A stretch of 64,000 bases of DNA. Source: the human T2T-CHM13v2.0 reference genome, Homo sapiens. The notes below the pieces were generated by a model. The model was not told where the DNA came from. It did not search any database and saw only the letters and a program-made list of their open reading frames with translations. Positions 56,541 through 64,000 of this stretch are shown here, piece by piece; position 1 is the first letter of the stretch; each line of letters starts with the position of its first letter. The stretch lies in assembly GCF_009914755.1 (NCBI RefSeq), contig NC_060930.1. One strand, written 5' to 3'. The position numbers were made by a program, and so were the translations under genes.

Positions 56541-58051
56541 GTAGAAATTCTCCAAAAAATAATGAAAGATATCAAACACAGTACCATCTACTTGGTATTG
56601 GTATAGGATCTTAGGCCCAAAGCAGTCTTGTGCCCATAATAGAGTTTTTCTTCCACCTTTTTCCCAACCACATATTGTCCTTTATGGTGCCTGTTGGACT
56701 TGCTGCCCTTCCTCCAGCTGCTTAAGCCTTTTGTTTCATTAGCATGAAGAGTCTGAGGAAGCAGGTAGCACCGAAGCACTGTGGGCTAGGAGGATTTGTT
56801 GTTCCCCCTAGAGGGACAGATACATCCCAAGTCTATTTTCCTCTTGCCTGGCTGACTGTCCTGTGATCTTCTCACTTCTCCAAGTGCAGCATCTGGACCA
56901 AGATATGAAAGGGGCCCTTTTTTTGCCCCGTGTAATTTTAGAAAGTTTATAAGAACTTTAGATATAATTTTAATACAGTTCTTTATCTTACTGAATTGAA
57001 GACTAGGGCACATATATGCTACAAAATGTCCAGAGAACTACAACTAAAATCTGAAGTTTTGATTTATAGTATAGTTTCTGTTATAATATGTGGACCGGTT
57101 TCAGTATAAATACTAGTGTCTCATAGAGTGAATTGATGCATACGACTATAAAAATTAAGTCTTTTGTTACTTGAGCTTTTCGTTTCCAACAAATTCTCAA
57201 TACAAATAATTAAGTTTAGTCTCATAGATTATGTTTCTTTGCTATTTCCCTTGACTGTTTATAACATTCATGACATACTTTTCAATTAACTGTGTTTTTA
57301 TTCATGGGCGTTATAGACTTTAAAGAAAAAACTTGATAGAATATATCCAAAGACAGGCACCACTATAAAATCTAGACTTTATTATTTTTGTGATTGAAAC
57401 TCACCACTCTAAATATTAGAAATGGCTTCCATCTGTTTCATTGCAAAATGGGTAAAAGTATATTCATGAGCTTTCTTCTCTTTAATGATATAAATTTTCT
57501 ACTTAAATGTAAGCCACTAAGTACTAAATGTAAAATATAGTTTAAGTAAATAAAATTACATGATAAAATGTATTTAGAAGTAAAATATTAACAGTTGCAT
57601 TCAAGCCCTGTGTTTTCCAGTGCTCTTATACTTTTTACTTAAAGGAATTTATCTAAAAATTCGTGGATATAAGAGATAATGTATCAAAATACCATCAGCT
57701 CTCTTAAAGTTTATTACTAAATAATCTAAGTAATTAAATAATAATATTCTAAAATGTTTTCTGACATTCTAAATTATAACCACGTGAAAGGGCATTAAAG
57801 CATCCCATTTGTTTATTTTCTGCTGATAAGCTTTAGGTAACAGCTCTGAAATGCCTACTGGAAGGGCAGGGAGGTTGGAAAGGAAATGGACTTTTTGCTG
57901 TACTTTTGCTAGAATACATTTAACTCCTTAGAGATTGGAGATTAGTTTCATAGTATAAAAATACCACTACCTTTCACTGCAGCATCAAGGAGTTTACTTT
58001 GTGGAATTGTTTTATCCTGTATGTCTAGCTTTCATAACTTTACAAAGAGGA

Positions 58052-58053
<2 letters not shown>

Positions 58054-58096
<43 letters not shown>

Positions 58097-58127
58097 CGCG
58101 TGCGTGTGTGTGTGTGTGTGTGTGTGT
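58054..58127. repeat. Compound (GT)17(GC)6GTGC(GT)12 microsatellite
   Basis: Read directly; 74 nt of uninterrupted purine-pyrimidine alternation. Confidence 0.96.
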
Positions 58128-58239
58128 TTACTAGTGGGACTGGGTCTAAATTTATGTGATCTAAGTGAAAGTTAATTTGCTTGAAACCCTTCTTGTTTGC
58201 TTGAAACCCACAAGCTGAGGATCATACCTAGGGGACCTC

Positions 58240-58329
58240 TCTCCCATCCAAGTACTAACCAGGCCCGACCCTGCTTCGCTTCTGAGATCAGGTGACATTG
58301 GGCGCATTCAGGGTGGTATGGCCATAAGC
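58240..58329 (-). pseudogene. 5S rRNA pseudogene, 3'-truncated at nt ~90
   Basis: Reverse complement GCTTATGGCCATACCACCCTGAATGCGCCC...GGTTAGTACTTGGATGGGAGA. About 80/90 identical to human 5S rRNA nt 1-90 by hand alignment. Confidence 0.95.
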
Positions 58330-59377
58330 CCTAGGACACCTTTCTGAACTCTTTAACTTGAAGTCAGCCTTTCTTGATTCATAAAGGCGATAGAAAGAAT
58401 CTGTAAACATCTCTATGTTTTATGGTCAGGTATAAGAATTCTAAATTGAGTGGTCAAAACCTGGACCAGTTTATTAAAAGAGATTACTGCAATGAAGCAG
58501 AAAACTAACCGACTTCCAGTCATTTGTTGTTAAAGAAGTCATAACTAGTGTCAGCTGGTATGTGAAAGCCAAATTACCAAGTGTTCCCACCTTTTACTCT
58601 GAAGAATGAACTTTTCAAAGTCAGTGCAAAGAACTATAGTTTTGGTAAAGGCAATTTTACTGAATAGTCCAAAATGTTATTGTACTTCCAGAAATATAGA
58701 GCAGTTTCCCTATAATAATAAAACCTCTTGATTGATGCCTCCCAAAATGTGAGCATCTCAGAAGGGGAGGGGAACTCATGGATTAATTGACAGGTGAGAA
58801 CCAGAAAAAGCCCCCAACTCCCAGTAAATTTGCAATTTCAGTGTTTGCCTTATAAAAATCTTCTTGCTTTAAGCAAAATTTCTTTTACTCGATATGCATT
58901 TCCAGCCCTCTAATTTTTCTTTCCTTATGAGTCTGAAGGCACAAAGACAGTGAACAGTAGAAAGAAAAGATTATTCTATCCTCATCTTCATAGTTATACA
59001 AATGGTAATTTCTTGGCCCTAAAATAGTCAAAGTAAGTTTGTAAAATTCGATATGTTCATGCTGTTTTTTCTTCTTATTTATTTAACATAAGTAGAGATA
59101 TTTAGCTTCAGGAAGTGTCATTGTAAGGGTGGGGATACCAATTTATTTGTTTCTCTTTATAGAAGAATTCTAGCTTAAAAATATTAAATAACATATAGTA
59201 GATATTCTTCCAGTGTATTTTTCACTATTAATGTGAAAATACTCCTTATCTTATTAATATTACATTAAAATGAAGAATTCTGAAAACTGCATAATGGCAG
59301 GAGGATTTACATTCTTATACTGATCAGATGTTAATACTTTCTTCAGAGAATTGGGGTTTTAGCATTCATTCCTTTTC

Positions 59378-59577
59378 ATGCATCTGACAAAGGACTAATA
59401 TCTAGAATCTACAAGGAATTCAAACAAATCAGCAGAAAAAAAACAATCCTATCAAAAAGTAGGCTAAGAACCCGAATAGACAATTCTCTAAAGAAGATAT
59501 GCAAATGCCCAACAAACATATGACAAAATGCTCAACGTCACTAATGATCAGGGAAACGCAAATCAAAACCACAAAGA
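59378..59577 (+). mobile_element. Isolated internal L1PB-type ORF2 fragment
   Basis: catctgacaaaggactaatatctagaatctacaaggaa...caaatcaaaaccacaa. No 3'UTR or tail. Confidence 0.85.
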
Positions 59578-60339
59578 CCTTTTTAAAAATTAACCTACTG
59601 AAATTAAATTGTTTTCATCATTCCCAGTGTTATCAAAAAGAATAACGGGTTTTGAACAAGCATTTGGCACTTTGATGACAGGAATCTAAATCAGCTTCAG
59701 TGATGAACTCAATAATTATAAGATTCTGGTTTGATTGAGACATACACCTATCTTTGATGTCCTGGTTTGGTTCAGGCATACTGAGGATAACTTAGAGTAA
59801 TCTTATTTCTTTTGGAAAGGCACAAGAATATACATAATGCTCCAAAGATTCTTGATGTCATGAAAATCACTCTCATCCTAAAGGATTTGTTAGCCAGTGA
59901 TCCCTCTGAAGCAAGTTCACATTTATTAGAATTTCAGAACAGTGTAGATAATGTGGATAATTTTAGTTCTAGCTGCATAAAATACCCAGAAGTTTATTAT
60001 TACAATTAAATCTTGTTTTTTATTGCAAAATACCGTGGTGTTCTCTATAACTGTGTTGAATTTATAATGATCTAATTGAGAGGAATTTATCCCCAAAGGA
60101 TAAGTGTTTACATTTTTTATTTTAAATTATTAAGGGCATATATTATTTTAATTACAGAGATAGTATATAAGTAAAAGATTCATTTTATTTAAATGTTTTC
60201 TTAAAAGTGTGTTGTGTCTCATTTTTCAACGTTTAGAGGATGCAAGAGAACCAACTCTGAAAATCATAAAAGGAAAGAATGAAACAATTATCTTATTTCT
60301 CTTTTACAAATTCTAACGCAAGGTAACTCATTGGTGCAG

Positions 60340-61855
60340 GACAGTTTCTCTTTATAGAAGAATTCCAGCTTTTAAAAAATGAAAATGGAATGATAGAATT
60401 GATATGTCACACTTTATAATCCCTAATGAAATAATGGACCTAGGTAGTGATCATTAATGACTGCTAAAACTGCTAAAACTTAAGTGAAACTTCATGAATG
60501 GAGAAGACTGATAACACCTGAACTTATTGCTTAATCTTATCACAAAGAAAGAAACATTCAGCCATTTTGTGCCTCATGATGTGATGCAATAAGAAATACA
60601 TTCTCTATAAAACTGTCTTGCCAAAATATCAAACCCAGATTGTATTAAACCTCTGTAATTACCAGTTCATAGGAACTAGAGTACCAAGTTAGTTGACACT
60701 GTAGAAAGGCAATAAGCAGAATCCAGAATGAGGAAAGTGCTATGGGGGAAATGACCCAATTTCATCAGTGAATAAATGGAAAGAAAAAAGAATGAAGGAG
60801 AACTGTAGGTTAGAGGACATTTAAGTGATGTATCAACCAATTGCAATTTGTGAGTCGTGTATTTTCAGTCAACCAAACCAATTTTTAAAAAACTATTTGG
60901 GAGATGCTGGTGACATTTTCAACACTAACTGATATATGATGATAGTAAAGAATTATTGTTATATTTTTCAGGTGTCATGTAGCTTAATAAGAATTCTTAT
61001 CACTTAGATATACATACTTAAAGGTATTTTGGGATGAAATCATATGGTATCTTGAATTTACTTTAAGACAACCTAACAGAGGTACACGAGATACATATAT
61101 AGATGAAAAGATTAATAATTATTGAAGTCGAGTGATGAGTATAGCAGTTTGTTATACTCACCTCTCTACTGTTACATGTGTCTGAAAATTTCCATAAGAA
61201 TGAAAAACTAAACTTAGGAATATCAGATAAATAAATATAGTAAACATTAGGTAAATTACTATAATAAGAATACAATGTAATATAGATACAAAAGGATCTT
61301 ACAGAAATCTTACAGAAATATTAGCAAATTCAGAATATATAAAAAGTTGCAAAACTAACATTGGAATTATCAGTTTAATTTATGATATTAGCAAATAATT
61401 TATGATTATTTCAGTGGATGCAGAAAAACCCAATTAATAAAACCCAGCATCTGTTCATAATAAAAACCATAGGAAACTAGGAATAGAAAAGAACTTCTTT
61501 AATCCCATTATAGGATATCTCCAAAGCTTCACACTCTTGGCTAAAGTATTCTCTTTGACACTGAGAATAAGACAAGGAGGCTTATTGTCACCACTTTTTT
61601 TCATTACATTAAAATCAGTTGTATATCCAGATCCCAACACAATCAATTGGAAACTTACAAAATGCAAGTACCTAGGGATAAATTAACAAAACCTATTGCA
61701 AGCTTTCTGTGCAAAAAAAAAGTGCACAAGATTGAGAGAAATAACTGAAGACCTAAATAAATGGGAGCTATATTATGTTCCTGGTGGAAGACAGTATTTT
61801 AAAGGTGCCATCTCTTCAAATTAATTATATAAATTCAGTGCAATTCCAACCAAAA
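60340..61855 (+). mobile_element. L1MC 3' end and L1M ORF2 remnants
   Basis: Degenerate L1 motifs (gatgcagaaaaa; gaataagacaaggag; aattcagtgcaattcc). Confidence 0.55.
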
Positions 61856-62212
61856 TTTTATTTATTCAGTTTTCTATTTCAATAGGTTTTTGGGAAACAG
61901 TTGATGGTGGTTACATGAATAAGTTCTTTGGTGGTGATTTCTGAGATTTTGGTGCACCCATCACCTGAGCAGTGTACACTATACCCAGTGTATAGTCCTT
62001 TATCCCTCACCCGCTCCCACCCTTTCCTCCGCGTCCCCAAAGTCCAGTGTATTATTCTTATGCCTTTGTGTCTTCATAGCTTAGATGCCACTTATGAGTG
62101 AGAACATTGGTTTTCCATTCCTGAGTTACTTCACCTAGAACCTCCAATTTCATCCAGGTTGCTACAAATGCCATTATTTCATTTCTTTTTATGGCTGAGT
62201 AGTATTCCATGG

Positions 62213-62251
<39 letters not shown>

Positions 62252-64000
62252 CACATTTTCTTTTTCTTTATCCACTCTTTGATTGATGAACATTTGGGCT
62301 GGTTCCACATTTTAGCAGTTGCAAATTGTGCTGCTATAAATGTGTGTGTAAGTATCTGTTTTGTATAATGACTTCTTTTCCTCTGGGTAGATACTCAGGA
62401 GCAGGATTGCTGGATCAAATGGTAGATCTACTTTTAATTTTTTAAGGAATCTCCACACTGTTTTCCATAGTGGTTGTACTAGTTTACATACCCACCAACA
62501 GTGGAAAAGTGTTCCCTTTTCACCACATCCACGCCAACACCTATTTTTTTTTATTTTTTGATTATGGCCATTGTCGCAGGAGTAAGGTGGTATCACATTA
62601 TGGTTTTGGTTTGCATTTCCCTGATCGCTAGTGATGTTGAGCATTTTGTTACATGTTTGTTGTCCATTTGTATATCTTCTTTTTAGAATTGTCTCTTCAT
62701 GTCCTTAGCCCACTTTTTGATGTGATTGTTTGTTTTTTTCTTGCTGATATGTTTGAGTTCCTTGTAGAGTCTAGATATTACTCCTTTGTTGGATGTATAG
62801 ATTGTAAAGATTTTTTTCCCCACTCTGTGGGTTGTCTGTTTACTCTGCTGATTGTATTTTTTGCTGTATATAATTAAGTCCCATCTATTTATCTTTGCTT
62901 TTGTTGAATTTGCTTTTGAGTTCTTGATCATGAAGTCTTTGCCTAAACCAGTGTCTAGAAGGGTTTTTCCACTGTGCTTTTCTAGAATTGTTATGGTTTT
63001 GGGTCTTAGATTTAAGTTTTTCATCCATCTTAAGTTGATTTTTATATAAGATGAGAGATGAGGATCCATTTCGTTCTTCTACATGTGGCTTGTCAGTTGT
63101 CCCTGCACCATTTGTTGAATAGGGTATCCTTTCTCCACTTTATGTTTTTGTTTGCTTTGTCGAAGATCAGTAGGCTGTAAGTATTTGGCTTTATTTCTGG
63201 GTTCTCTATTCTGTTCCATTGGTCTGTGTGCCCGTTTTTATACCATTACTGTGCTGTTTTGGTGATTATGGCCTTATAGTATAGTTCAAAGTTGGGTAAT
63301 GTGATGCCTCCAGATTTGTTCTTTTTGCTTAGTCTTGCTTTGGCTATGCAGGCTCTTTTTTGGTGCCATATGAATTTTAGGACTTTTTTCTAGTTCTGTG
63401 AAGAATGGTGGTAGTATTTTGATGGGAATGGCATTGAATCTGTATATTGCTTTTGGCAGTATGGTCATTTTTTAAATATGGATATTTTGTGGGATTTTTA
63501 TAATATCCCATGTTATATGGAGCATGGGATGTGTTTCTGTTTGTGTCATCTGTGATTTCTTTCAGCAATGTTTTGTAGTTTTCCTTGTAGAAGTCTTTCA
63601 CCTCCTTGGTTAAGTATACTCCTAAGTATTTTATTTTATTATTTTTTTTTTGCAGCTTTTATAAAAGGGGTTGAGTTCTTAATTTGTTCTCAGCTTGGTC
63701 ACTGTTAGTGTATAGCAGGGCTACTCATTTTTGTACATTAATTTTGTATCCTGAAACTTTGCTGAATTCATTTACCATTTCTAGGAGCTTTTTTGAGGAG
63801 TCTTTAGGGTTTTCTAGGTATATGATCATGTCATCAGCAGAAGCAACAGTTTGACTTCCTCTTTGCCAATTTGGATACCCTTTAGTTCTTTCTCTTGCCT
63901 GATTGCTGTGGCTAGGACTTCCAGTATTATGTTGAATAGAAGTGGTGAAAGTGGGCATCTTTGTCTTTTTCCAGTTCTCAGGAGGATTGTTTTCAACTTT
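61856..64000 (-). mobile_element. L1PB1-like element (3'UTR and ORF2, runs off the window end), with (GT)n at 62216-62249
   Basis: L1PB 3'UTR plus ORF2 peptides ([19 protein letters not shown]; [15 protein letters not shown]; [21 protein letters not shown]) broken by frameshifts. Confidence 0.9.

Noticed and set aside
59149-60378. A ~30-bp sequence (gtttctctttatagaagaatt.agctt) present twice 1.2 kb apart
   Set aside because: A similar motif occurs in reverse at ~10105-10140 within an L1MC remnant, so it is most simply L1MC-derived rather than a functional direct repeat.

Overview
Human-type genomic DNA that I recognise as the COL10A1 locus. The first ~6.1 kb holds the complete coding sequence of COL10A1 (collagen X alpha-1) on the minus strand: a non-coding exon 1 (~6037-6118), exon 2 (5323-5491, ATG at 5476) and exon 3 (CDS 57-1945). 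Spliced, these give 2043 nt = 680 aa + stop. Upstream lie a TATA/CCAAT/RUNX/MEF2 promoter and the conserved hypertrophic-chondrocyte enhancer (~8.1-8.45 kb). From established knowledge COL10A1 is nested antisense in a very long intron of NT5DC1 (+ strand). No canonical NT5DC1 exon is recognisable here, so the rest of the window is AT-rich intronic DNA. It contains a NIP7 processed pseudogene, a 3'-truncated 5S rRNA retrocopy, nine Alus plus an Alu stub, many L1/L2/MIR fragments, an MST LTR, DNA-transposon remnants and microsatellites. I found no convincing wholly new gene system. The best leads are: (1) a perfect 16-bp palindrome covering the COL10A1 intron-1 donor; (2) a candidate distal TATA promoter/first exon ~33 kb upstream; (3) a pre-miRNA-like perfect 19-bp inverted repeat; (4) an L1PA2/3 insertion with an apparent 3' transduction; (5) recursive-splice-like AG|GT sites and a candidate poison exon in the host intron. 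Repeat subfamily calls and literature-based statements are from memory and were not checked against databases.
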